Shown piece by piece: positions 18,837 to 27,896 of a DNA stretch of 64,000 nucleotides. The notes beneath the pieces are model-generated. The model searched no databases and had not been told where the DNA came from. It was given only the letters and a program-made list of their open reading frames with translations. Source of the stretch: a virus; the IMG/VR virus record IMGVR_UViG_3300044956_000373, positions 5,888 through 69,887 of that record; one strand, written 5' to 3'. The first letter of the stretch is position 1. Each line of letters begins with the position of its first letter. Position numbers and translations under genes: made by a program.

Positions 18837-19877
18837 ATGGCGCTTCCGAAAAAACAAGTTAAATCATATCTTCCCTTGACTTACCCAAAAACATTATTGG
18901 CAAGAAGACATCAGATTGCCGATATGATTTCTAATGATGGTACTTATCTACCTAAGTCATTACTACATGCGGATTTGGACAGAGGATTTTTAGATTTCGT
19001 CAAAGAAAGTTTAGAGACAATAGTTGAAGGTACCAAAATACCTGTGGTCGACATTTTAATTACAAGTCAAAATTGGAGTCAATTTGTTGAGACTTGGGAT
19101 TTTCAAAACATAGATAAAAACGTAGAACCTCCTTTTATAACTATAATTAGAATTCCTGAAGTTAAATACGGAAATAATCCATCGGTAATGTATAATATTC
19201 CAAATAGAAGAACTTATTATTATATGCAAGTTCCAACATGGGATGGACAAAGAAATGTAATGGACATATACAAAATACCTCAGCCAATACCTGTCGACAT
19301 TAAATTTCAAGTTGCGATTGTTTGTAACAGAATGCGAGAAATAAATAAATTTAATCAAAACATAAATCAAACATTTGCATCAAGACAGGCATATCAAGTT
19401 ATAAAAGGTCATTATATTCCTATAATAAATGATGGTATGACGGATGAATCTGTTATGGATGTTGATAAAAGAAAATATTATATTCAAAAATATGATTTTA
19501 CAATGATGGGATTTCTTTTAGATGAGGATGATTTTGAAGTCAGTCCCGCAATTTCAAGAACATTCACGATGTTCGAGGTTGATGGTAAAACAAAAAAGAA
19601 AAAACAAAAAAGACCTATACCTAATATTCCACAATCAACAACATTTAATTATGAATTAGGTGTTAATGAACTATCTAAAGAATTTGAATACACTTGTAAT
19701 ATGTCACTAATAAAGTCCGAAAATGTATCTTCATACGATATATACATAAATGATTTTTATTTTGGTTCGGATTTATTCGAAATTCGAATTAACACCAATG
19801 ATTTGTTAAAAATAGATATTGTGAAAAACGACACTAATTTGGTTTCTACTTTAGAGTTTTCTGAAGATCTTTTGTAA
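18837..19877 (+). CDS. Tail terminator/sheath stabiliser (T4 gp15-like)
   Basis: Lies upstream of the sheath; PFITIIR...IPQPIPVDIKFQV pattern. Confidence 0.5.
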   Translation: MALPKKQVKSYLPLTYPKTLLARRHQIADMISNDGTYLPKSLLHADLDRGFLDFVKESLETIVEGTKIPVVDILITSQNWSQFVETWDFQNIDKNVEPPFITIIRIPEVKYGNNPSVMYNIPNRRTYYYMQVPTWDGQRNVMDIYKIPQPIPVDIKFQVAIVCNRMREINKFNQNINQTFASRQAYQVIKGHYIPIINDGMTDESVMDVDKRKYYIQKYDFTMMGFLLDEDDFEVSPAISRTFTMFEVDGKTKKKKQKRPIPNIPQSTTFNYELGVNELSKEFEYTCNMSLIKSENVSSYDIYINDFYFGSDLFEIRINTNDLLKIDIVKNDTNLVSTLEFSEDLL

Positions 19878-20039
19878 TTACTCTCCGTATATATCTCTTT
19901 TCTCAGTACATTTTTCTAAAATTAGATGTTCTAAAAACTTGTACATTTTTATTCCTCGTTTATCACAATATTTTTTTAGTATCTCATGTACTGAGATGTC
20001 AATCTTCAAATTTTTTATTTTCTTATTATCCTTAGACAT
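19878..20039 (-). CDS. Small ribbon-helix-helix-like DNA-binding protein (absent from ORF track)
   Basis: Manual translation MSKDNKKIKNLKIDISVHEILKKYCDKRGIKMYKFLEHLILEKCTEKRDIYGE (53 aa); TATTTATA on the minus strand at 20077-20084. Confidence 0.7.
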   Translation of the reverse strand: MSKDNKKIKNLKIDISVHEILKKYCDKRGIKMYKFLEHLILEKCTEKRDIYGE

Positions 20040-20120
20040 AATGGTAGAAAAAAGTCAGAATAAAATCTTACCAAAATATAAATACTTTTTGTTTTGTAAA
20101 GTTTTTGCTTAATAAATGAA

Positions 20121-20128
20121 TATTTATA
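20121..20128 (+). promoter_or_regulatory. TATTTAT motif upstream of sheath (representative of about 20 copies; putative late promoter)
   Basis: The same motif precedes most structural genes on both strands (see findings). Confidence 0.6.
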
Positions 20129-20163
20129 AGAAAATAAAATAATTAATCGGGAAAAAATAAATT

Positions 20164-23100
20164 ATGGCAACTAACAGTAAAGTATTTGTTTCACCTGGAG
20201 TTTATACATCAGAGGTAGATTTGAGTTTTGTAGCTCAAAGCGTTGGTGTTACAACTTTGGGGATCGTTGGTGAAACTATTATCGGTCCGGCATTTGAACC
20301 TATTTTCATCACTAATTTTGATGAATTTACTCAATACTTCGGAGGTACTTCACCAGAAAAATTTGTGAATACACAAATTCCTAAATATGAAGCGGCTTAT
20401 ATCGCTAAAGCATATTTACAACAATCTAATCAATTATTCGTAACAAGAATATTAGGTTTATCAGGATATGACGCAGGTCCGTCTTGGTCTATAACAACAA
20501 CGGCCAACGTTGACCCATCTACAATTGATGTGTGGTGTTTAAGTGGAGGGACTTTACCTGAAGATCCTTGTGATCCAATTTGTTTAATTCCAAGGGAGGA
20601 AAGTTATTCAATTCCATTTTCCGCATGTACAGATTCACCAACATCGGTGTCATTCTTATCATCATCGGCGTTTCCTCAAGAATTGTTGGTTAAATTAAAT
20701 GAGTCTTATGAAACACCACAAGGTGGAAATTCAACATTGTTAACTCAACTTCAAGATTTGGTATTTGATGTAATAACAAGTCCTACACCATTCTTGGCTG
20801 AAGATGAAAAAATTTATTACTTTGGTTCTGTTGCTGATGAAGATTATTATCACTTATCAATGACAGGGTTTACAGGAACTACAAATGTATTCCAAGTACC
20901 ATCAATTCCATTTACTGAGAATAATTTATCATCAGGATTTAACGATTCTTGGTATTATTCCTTATTTGACCACGAGGCAATTGGGTTTGGGTATTCAGGA
21001 TTTTCATTCTTTGGTATAGTACAAAACTTACAAAACTACAGTCCAATTCCAACACCAACACCTACGATAATTGCGTCAGCAACTCCGACACCAACACCTT
21101 CGGCACAAAATCCTTGTATAACACCTTCACCACAAGTGAATGTTACACCAACACCATCACCTGTACCTGTTAATTGTTATTCAGGTAATTTGGTCGTTAA
21201 AATATATTATTATACAGGTACATCTTACACTCAATATGATAATGTTGTTATTGGTACATTACGTTCTAGAGGAGTTTCATTATATACTAATGATGAAAAC
21301 CCAACTTACGAAGTTACTGGTACAACAGATGTGTCTTTAAATATGGCAGGTCAGTATTCATCTGTTCTTAAAAACCCATACGCAACATTTGCGGTGAACG
21401 CTAAAAACAGATACGGACAAAACTATACTTTTGAAACGTCTTTCTTACAAAACGATCCTGAGTATATTACTAAAGTATTTGGCGTTACTAACTTCCAAAA
21501 ACCAAGATTAGAAGTTCCTTTATTCTGTGAAGAAAGATTCCAATCATGGTTAAACTATTCTTGGAGAAAAGGTTATATTAGAGGTTTAAATCCAAACCTA
21601 ATCGAATTAGATTCTGCTCAAAGCGGTGACGTTCATTCAATTGGGTGGTATTTAGATAGATGGCAAACCCCGAGTTCCCCATGGTTAGTTTCTGAACTTA
21701 GAGGTAACAAGGTTTATGACCTATTTAAATTCTATACCGTATCTGATGGTGATGGTGCTAACACATTAGTTAAAATATCAATTGTTGATCTATCTTTCTC
21801 GAATGGTACATTTACGGTATTAGTTAGAGATTATTTCGATACCGATGCAAATCCTGTTGTACTTGAGAAATTCACAAATTGTGGTATGGATCCTGAACAA
21901 AATAACTTTATTGGTGTTAAAATAGGTACATTTAATGGTGAATACGTTTTAAATTCGAGATATGTTATGGTTGAAATTAATGAGGACGCACCGATTGACG
22001 CACTTCCTTGTGGGTTCAACGGATTTAACTTTAGATTATATCAAGGAGCTCAACCATCTTTTCCTATTATTAAATCAAAATACAACTTCCCTGGAGAACC
22101 AATCTGGAACCCACCTTTCGGTACAAGTACTGGCGTTGATGATGTTATTGTAAGTAGTGGTGATAATATCAGAAGAACATACTTAGGTATTGGTAATTTC
22201 TACGGATGGGATTCTTCATATTTTGAATATGTTGGTAAGAGAAATCCTGTAAATAGTTGTGATATCGATGGTATTGATTGGAACTACAGATCGGCTGGTT
22301 TCCATATGGATAAAAATGCTTCAGGTATTACAATAGGTGGAGGATTTAGTACAAGTGGAAATCCAAGATTTGTATGTGGTAATTATTCATTCATTAATGA
22401 TCCTCAAGACCCTGCTAACGACTACTACAGATTATTCGCACGTAAGTTTACTTTATTAGTTCAAGGAGGATTTAACGGATGGGATATCTATAGAGAATCA
22501 AGAACAAATACCGATAGATTTGTATTAGGTAGACCTGGTTTCTTAAGGGGAGCTTGTCCATCAGATAGATACCCTAACGCAAGTGGATGGGGAGCATTCA
22601 AACAAATATCTGTTGGTGATGGTACTCAAGATTTTGCAAACACTGACTATTACGCATATTTGTTAGGTCAGCAAACATTTGCAAACCCTGAAGCCACAAA
22701 CATTAATGTATTTGTTACTCCCGGTATTGATTTTATGAATAACTCGAATCTTGTTGAGTCGGCAATCAATATGATTGAATTCGATAGAGCGGATTCGTTA
22801 TATGTAACCACTTGTCCTGATTACAACTTATTCTCACCAACTACAACAGGAGATGATAACCTAATATACCCAACTGAAGCCGTTGATTTATTGTCTGATT
22901 CAGGAATTGACTCAAACTATACGGCAACTTATTATCCTTGGGTATTAACAAGAGATACGGTTAATAACACTCAAATCTATATTCCACCAACGGCTGAGGT
23001 TACAAGAAACTTAGCATTAACCGACAATATTGCTTACCCATGGTTTGCAGCAGCAGGTTACACTCGTGGTATTGTAAATTGTATTAAAGCTCGTAAAAAA

Positions 23101-23532
23101 TTAACTCAAGAAGATAGAGACATTCTATATGGTGGAAGAATTAACCCGATTGCAACTTTCTCTGATGTTGGTACGGTAATTTGGGGTAATAAAACTCTAC
23201 AAATTAGAGAATCCGCTCTTGATAGAATTAACGTTAGAAGATTGTTATTACAAGCACGTAAATTGATTTCAGCAGTATCTGTAAGGTTGTTGTTTGAACA
23301 AAACGACGCACAAGTTAGACAAGACTTTTTAAATGCGGTGAATCCTATCTTAGATGCTATCAGAAGAGACCGAGGTTTATATGACTTTAGAGTTACGGTA
23401 TCAAGTGACCCTGAAGATATCGACAGAAATCAATTGACTGGTAAAATTTATATTAAACCAACAAGATCACTTGAATTCATCGATATTACATTCTACATCA
23501 CACCTACGGGAGCGTCTTTTGAGAATATATAA
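20164..23532 (+). CDS. Tail sheath protein
   Basis: FVSPGVYTSEVD N-terminus; YTATYYPW, PWFAAAGYTRG, WGNKTL and RINVRRLL C-terminal sheath motifs. Confidence 0.95.
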   Translation: MATNSKVFVSPGVYTSEVDLSFVAQSVGVTTLGIVGETIIGPAFEPIFITNFDEFTQYFGGTSPEKFVNTQIPKYEAAYIAKAYLQQSNQLFVTRILGLSGYDAGPSWSITTTANVDPSTIDVWCLSGGTLPEDPCDPICLIPREESYSIPFSACTDSPTSVSFLSSSAFPQELLVKLNESYETPQGGNSTLLTQLQDLVFDVITSPTPFLAEDEKIYYFGSVADEDYYHLSMTGFTGTTNVFQVPSIPFTENNLSSGFNDSWYYSLFDHEAIGFGYSGFSFFGIVQNLQNYSPIPTPTPTIIASATPTPTPSAQNPCITPSPQVNVTPTPSPVPVNCYSGNLVVKIYYYTGTSYTQYDNVVIGTLRSRGVSLYTNDENPTYEVTGTTDVSLNMAGQYSSVLKNPYATFAVNAKNRYGQNYTFETSFLQNDPEYITKVFGVTNFQKPRLEVPLFCEERFQSWLNYSWRKGYIRGLNPNLIELDSAQSGDVHSIGWYLDRWQTPSSPWLVSELRGNKVYDLFKFYTVSDGDGANTLVKISIVDLSFSNGTFTVLVRDYFDTDANPVVLEKFTNCGMDPEQNNFIGVKIGTFNGEYVLNSRYVMVEINEDAPIDALPCGFNGFNFRLYQGAQPSFPIIKSKYNFPGEPIWNPPFGTSTGVDDVIVSSGDNIRRTYLGIGNFYGWDSSYFEYVGKRNPVNSCDIDGIDWNYRSAGFHMDKNASGITIGGGFSTSGNPRFVCGNYSFINDPQDPANDYYRLFARKFTLLVQGGFNGWDIYRESRTNTDRFVLGRPGFLRGACPSDRYPNASGWGAFKQISVGDGTQDFANTDYYAYLLGQQTFANPEATNINVFVTPGIDFMNNSNLVESAINMIEFDRADSLYVTTCPDYNLFSPTTTGDDNLIYPTEAVDLLSDSGIDSNYTATYYPWVLTRDTVNNTQIYIPPTAEVTRNLALTDNIAYPWFAAAGYTRGIVNCIKARKKLTQEDRDILYGGRINPIATFSDVGTVIWGNKTLQIRESALDRINVRRLLLQARKLISAVSVRLLFEQNDAQVRQDFLNAVNPILDAIRRDRGLYDFRVTVSSDPEDIDRNQLTGKIYIKPTRSLEFIDITFYITPTGASFENI

Positions 23533-23554
23533 GATGTTTGATAATTAAAATAAG

Positions 23555-23579
23555 AAGGGGGACTTTTGTTCCCCTTTTT
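23555..23579 (+). terminator. Rho-independent terminator after sheath
   Basis: aagggggac-tttt-gttcccctt followed by T residues. Confidence 0.7.
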
Positions 23580-23602
23580 AATTTATATGGATATTTATTA
23601 TT

Positions 23603-24433
23603 ATGAATTACAAAAATTTAGTTAACCAAATTATATCTGAAATAATTCAAGATCAGATGACACCAACAATGAAGTATTATGCTTTTGACTGGGATGACAA
23701 TCTTATGTATATGCCAACCAAAATTTATTTAAAAGATAAAAATGGAAAAAGTGTTGGTATGTCTACTGAAGATTTTGCAGAATACCGAACTGAGATAGGT
23801 AATGAACCATTTGAATATGAGGGTCATACTATTGTAAGTTTTGATGAAAACGCGTTTAGAGACTTCAGAGTTACTGGTGATAAAAAGTTTTTAGTCGATG
23901 CAATGAGAGCCCCAATAGGACCGGCATGGGACGACTTTGTTGAGGCGGTTAATAATGGGTCTATTTTTGCAATAATTACCGCAAGAGGACATACCCCAAG
24001 TGTTTTAAAAAACGCGGTTTATAATTTAATTCAAAAAAATATGCATGGATTAAATAAAAAAAAACTTGTTAAAAATCTTAGAAAGTATAGAGATATTACT
24101 GATGAAGACGATTTATCTGATGACGAACTTGTTAAGACTTATTTGGAGATGTGTAAATGGCATCCTGTAAGTTTCGGAGAAGGTTCAGCTGTCAATCCTG
24201 AAGAGTTAAAAGTCAGTGCTATGAGACAATTTATAAAGAATGTTAAAAACCTATCTCAAAGATTACAAGAAAAGGCATTTATGAAAAACAAAATATCTAA
24301 TTATTTTACACCTTATATTGGTTTTTCAGATGATGATTTAAAGAATGTACAAACAATGAAAAAACATTTTGATGATGAATCTGGACTAGACATTTATCAT
24401 ACTGGAGGAGGAAAGAAAACTAAATTTGAATAA
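23603..24433 (+). CDS. HAD-superfamily phosphatase-like protein
   Basis: FDWDDN (DxD), IITARGH, a conserved Lys and GFSDDD match HAD motifs I-IV. Confidence 0.75.
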   Translation: MNYKNLVNQIISEIIQDQMTPTMKYYAFDWDDNLMYMPTKIYLKDKNGKSVGMSTEDFAEYRTEIGNEPFEYEGHTIVSFDENAFRDFRVTGDKKFLVDAMRAPIGPAWDDFVEAVNNGSIFAIITARGHTPSVLKNAVYNLIQKNMHGLNKKKLVKNLRKYRDITDEDDLSDDELVKTYLEMCKWHPVSFGEGSAVNPEELKVSAMRQFIKNVKNLSQRLQEKAFMKNKISNYFTPYIGFSDDDLKNVQTMKKHFDDESGLDIYHTGGGKKTKFE

Positions 24434-24550
24434 AAAAATAGGCCTATAAAAGATATAACTCGAAAAATTATTGAAGTAAATAGAAAAATTTTTATTTCAT
24501 AGTATTTATAATAAAATAAAAAAAATAAAAAAATTAAAAAACTATAAAAA

Positions 24551-25039
24551 ATGGCTGATTTGTTAATGAAAATGCCTATCCCTTACGAACCGAAAAGGGA
24601 GAATAGATGGATAGTAAGATTTCCGTCTTCATTGGGTATAAATGAGTGGTATGTTGAAACATTCTCTCGACCTAAAATGACTATCGGATCTACGGAAATT
24701 CAATTTTTAAATACTTCAACCTATGTTGCTGGTAGATTTAAATGGGATTCGTTATCAATTAAATTTCGTGACCCTATCGGTCCTTCAGCTTCTCAAGCGA
24801 TTATGGAATGGATTCGTTTGTGTGCTGAATCTGTGACTGGACGTATGGGATATGCTGCAGGGTACAAAAAAAATGTTGACCTTGAGATGTTAGACCCAAC
24901 AGGTGTTGTTGTAGAAAAATGGATTTTAGAGGGGGCATTTCTTTTAGGATATGATGGAGGTTCACTTTCATATAGTAGTGAAAGTATTGCGGGAGTTACT
25001 TGTCAAATCCAAATGGATCGTTGTGTATTAGTATACTAA
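24551..25039 (+). CDS. Tail tube protein (T4 gp19-like)
   Basis: Size and position after the sheath; EPKRENRW...AGRFKW...YKKNVDLEMLDPTGVVVEKW. Confidence 0.85.
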   Translation: MADLLMKMPIPYEPKRENRWIVRFPSSLGINEWYVETFSRPKMTIGSTEIQFLNTSTYVAGRFKWDSLSIKFRDPIGPSASQAIMEWIRLCAESVTGRMGYAAGYKKNVDLEMLDPTGVVVEKWILEGAFLLGYDGGSLSYSSESIAGVTCQIQMDRCVLVY

Positions 25040-25120
25040 AATTCATTATCATTTAATATTAAAACCGTACACTTTACTATGTACTGTTTTTTTTTATTTT
25101 TTGATTAAAATACAAATACT

Positions 25121-25894
25121 ATGCAAAATCAAGATGAATATACTTTAGCACATCAATATTTAAAATTACCACATGATGTTATTACACTTCCTTCAGGTGG
25201 TATTTTTTACACATCCAAAAAGAAAAGTGTTAGGGTTGGTTATTTAACCGCGGCCGACGAAAACATAATTTCTAATGTTGAGTCAAGAAAAAGTATTAAA
25301 GAATCTATCATATTACCTTTATTAAGAAATAGATTATACGAGAAAGACATTAGACCCGAAGATTTATTAGAAACAGATATTGAAGCAATTTTAATCTTTT
25401 TAAGAAACACATCATTTGGACCTGAATACAAAATATCATTGGAAGATCCAATAACTAATAAAAGATTTCCACATACCTTCGCTTTAGACGCTTTAAATAT
25501 AAAGCGATCAAATGTTAAACCTGATGAAGATGGTACATGGACAATTGAATTACCAATTTCTAAAACTAAAGTTAAGTTAAAACCTTTAACATTACGAGAC
25601 ACTATGGAAATTGATAGAATAATTGATTCATATCCATCAGAAAGAACACCACCAACAGTAACCACAAAACTAAACAAGCATATTGTTTCAATGGACGGTA
25701 GTGATGATAGAAATAAAATCTCAACATTTTGTGAAAATATGCCAATCGCGGATTCCAAATTTTTAAGAAAATTCTTAAATGATAATGAACCTAGATTGGA
25801 ATTACTAAAAGAAACAAACGCCCCGTCTGGAGAAAAGGTATCGTTCTCGATATCCTTTGGGGTGGAATTTTTTCGGCCTTTCTTTGGGGTATAA
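25121..25894 (+). CDS. Tail/baseplate-hub assembly protein (T4 gp26-like / tail chaperone)
   Basis: LPSGGIFY...YLTAADEN...ILIFLRNTSFGPEY; located between tube and tape measure genes. Confidence 0.65.
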   Translation: MQNQDEYTLAHQYLKLPHDVITLPSGGIFYTSKKKSVRVGYLTAADENIISNVESRKSIKESIILPLLRNRLYEKDIRPEDLLETDIEAILIFLRNTSFGPEYKISLEDPITNKRFPHTFALDALNIKRSNVKPDEDGTWTIELPISKTKVKLKPLTLRDTMEIDRIIDSYPSERTPPTVTTKLNKHIVSMDGSDDRNKISTFCENMPIADSKFLRKFLNDNEPRLELLKETNAPSGEKVSFSISFGVEFFRPFFGV

Positions 25895-26033
25895 AACCCA
25901 TTTATTAGACGAGTTTTTTGTTTTAAACAAACAATTGAATATCCAATATTCAGAATTTTGGACTATCCCAACTTATGAAAGAAAGTATTTGATTGATAAA
26001 ATTGTTGAACTTTATCAAAACTTTAACAAGTAA
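25872..26033 (+). CDS. ATG-less +1-frame ORF, probable frameshift extension of the upstream chaperone
   Basis: FGLSLGYKTHLLDEFFVLNKQLNIQYSEFWTIPTYERKYLIDKIVELYQNFNK*; fills the gap up to the tape measure gene; no ATG in this frame after stop 25806. Confidence 0.7.
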   Translation, partial: FGLSLGYKTHLLDEFFVLNKQLNIQYSEFWTIPTYERKYLIDKIVELYQNFNK

Positions 26034-26053
26034 TATTTATTTAAAAACCCAAA

Positions 26054-27862
26054 ATGCCACAAACAGAACAAGAAAAAAAAATTGCTGAGTTAGAGAAAGA
26101 ATTAAAGGCTGCCAACGAAAAATTTGGTAGAGTACAATCGGCGTTTTCAGAAACATCAAGTAAATTTAACCTAAATTTTTCTTCTTTAAAAAATTACACT
26201 GAAAGTATATTACCTGGATTTGCTAAAATAAATGACGCAATCAAAGAAACCAGAAATAATATGGATTTAGGAGATGCTATGGGATTTTTAGAAATTGAGG
26301 CCACTGAAATACAAAATGCATTCGGAGTTTCAAAACAACGTGTTGGTGAATTTAAACAATCCATTGCAGATTTAGCACCTGAGTTAATTATGTTCGGATT
26401 ATCACAAGAAGATGCTGCAAAAATAATAATAAAACTAGGTGATGCTTTAGGAACAACTGGTGTTGTAGGACAAGAAGCGTTAAGAGAAATAGGAGCCGCT
26501 TCACAAATTACAGGTTTAGGATTCGAAGATTTAGCGAAAAATTTTAGAGAAGTTGGTGTATCAATATATAATGTGGGTGACATAATGAAAGAAGTTACTG
26601 ATTATGCAAAAAGCGTAGGAGTATCGGTTCAAGCAGTTTCAAAAGGGGTTGTCTCAAATTTAGATAAAATGAATATCTATAATTTTGAAAACGGAATTAA
26701 TGGGTTAACTAAAATGGCGGCACAGGCATCTAGACTTGGTGTTGAAATGTCAACCGTATTTAATTTCGCAGAAAAAGTGTTCAACCCCGAAGGGGCTATT
26801 GATATGGCTGCTGGACTACAAAGATTAGGTGTTGCCGCAGGAGACTTATTAGATCCTCTAAGAACTATGGATTTAGCAGCAAATGATCCCGCAGAACTAC
26901 AAAATCAATTAGTTGAGTTAACTAAAACTTTTACAAAGTTTAATGAAAAAACTCAACAATTTGAAATAATGCCTGGTGAAAAAAGACGTTTACGAGAAAT
27001 CGCGGAACAAACGGGAATTTCTATTGGTGAGTTAACGAAAATGTCTATAAAGGCCGCAGAGTTCGATGAAAAAATGAAAAAAATACAATTCCCTAGTTTT
27101 ACCGCAGATAAAGAAACTAAAGAATTAATTGCAGGAATGGCACAAATGAAAGATGGAAGAGCTCAAATTGCGGTTAAAGACGAAAGAGGTGTTGAGTTGT
27201 TAAAAGAAATTAATCAATTAACACCTGAAGATGTTGATAAACTTAGAGAACAAGAAGAGGAATCATCTAAAACAATAGAACAATTGGCAATAGACCAACT
27301 AGATCAATTAAAAATGTTAAACTCTCAAATTGCCGCAAACGCAGGAAAAACGGTTTTAGGTATGATAACCACAAATGAACAAATGAGAGGTGAACGTGCG
27401 GCAATTGCACTTACAAGATCTTTGGCGGTTGAAACAAACAAAAATTTTGGGTCAAAAGATGTTAGAAAAAAAGTTTCAGAAATAGAAGGTGATATTGAGG
27501 GAGGTCTTATAAAATCAGTCACAACAAATGACATCGGAGCCTTGGCTGATGCTGGTGTTGCTGCATTTGAAAAATTAATAACTTTAGAAGAAGAGACTTT
27601 TAGTAATATTGAAAAGGTTGTTGGAAACGCTATGAATACGGCATTAAAAGATATTATGAACATATACAAAGAACAGATAAAAACAACACAACCGGAAAAA
27701 AGTAAAAAAGAAATTGACCTTAATTTGAATTATAATTTAAAATCTGACGGAACAAATATTAATATAGCTGAATTAGAGAATATGTTGAAAACGTTTTTTA
27801 CATCTATTGATGGTATTCAAACTTTAAAAGACGCTGTAGGCTCTGAACAGTTACCTCAATAA
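26054..27862 (+). CDS. Putative tape measure protein
   Basis: Ala/Leu/Glu/Lys-rich helical sequence; follows the tube and chaperone genes. Confidence 0.65.
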   Translation: MPQTEQEKKIAELEKELKAANEKFGRVQSAFSETSSKFNLNFSSLKNYTESILPGFAKINDAIKETRNNMDLGDAMGFLEIEATEIQNAFGVSKQRVGEFKQSIADLAPELIMFGLSQEDAAKIIIKLGDALGTTGVVGQEALREIGAASQITGLGFEDLAKNFREVGVSIYNVGDIMKEVTDYAKSVGVSVQAVSKGVVSNLDKMNIYNFENGINGLTKMAAQASRLGVEMSTVFNFAEKVFNPEGAIDMAAGLQRLGVAAGDLLDPLRTMDLAANDPAELQNQLVELTKTFTKFNEKTQQFEIMPGEKRRLREIAEQTGISIGELTKMSIKAAEFDEKMKKIQFPSFTADKETKELIAGMAQMKDGRAQIAVKDERGVELLKEINQLTPEDVDKLREQEEESSKTIEQLAIDQLDQLKMLNSQIAANAGKTVLGMITTNEQMRGERAAIALTRSLAVETNKNFGSKDVRKKVSEIEGDIEGGLIKSVTTNDIGALADAGVAAFEKLITLEEETFSNIEKVVGNAMNTALKDIMNIYKEQIKTTQPEKSKKEIDLNLNYNLKSDGTNINIAELENMLKTFFTSIDGIQTLKDAVGSEQLPQ

Positions 27863-27896
27863 AAAAATACATTATTTGTATTTATAAAATAAAAAG

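Noticed and set aside
25061-25095. Terminator after the tail tube gene
   Set aside because: The stem (aaaac-c-gtaca/tgtac-t-gtttt) is weak and mismatched. Plausible, but not supported well enough to list as a feature.
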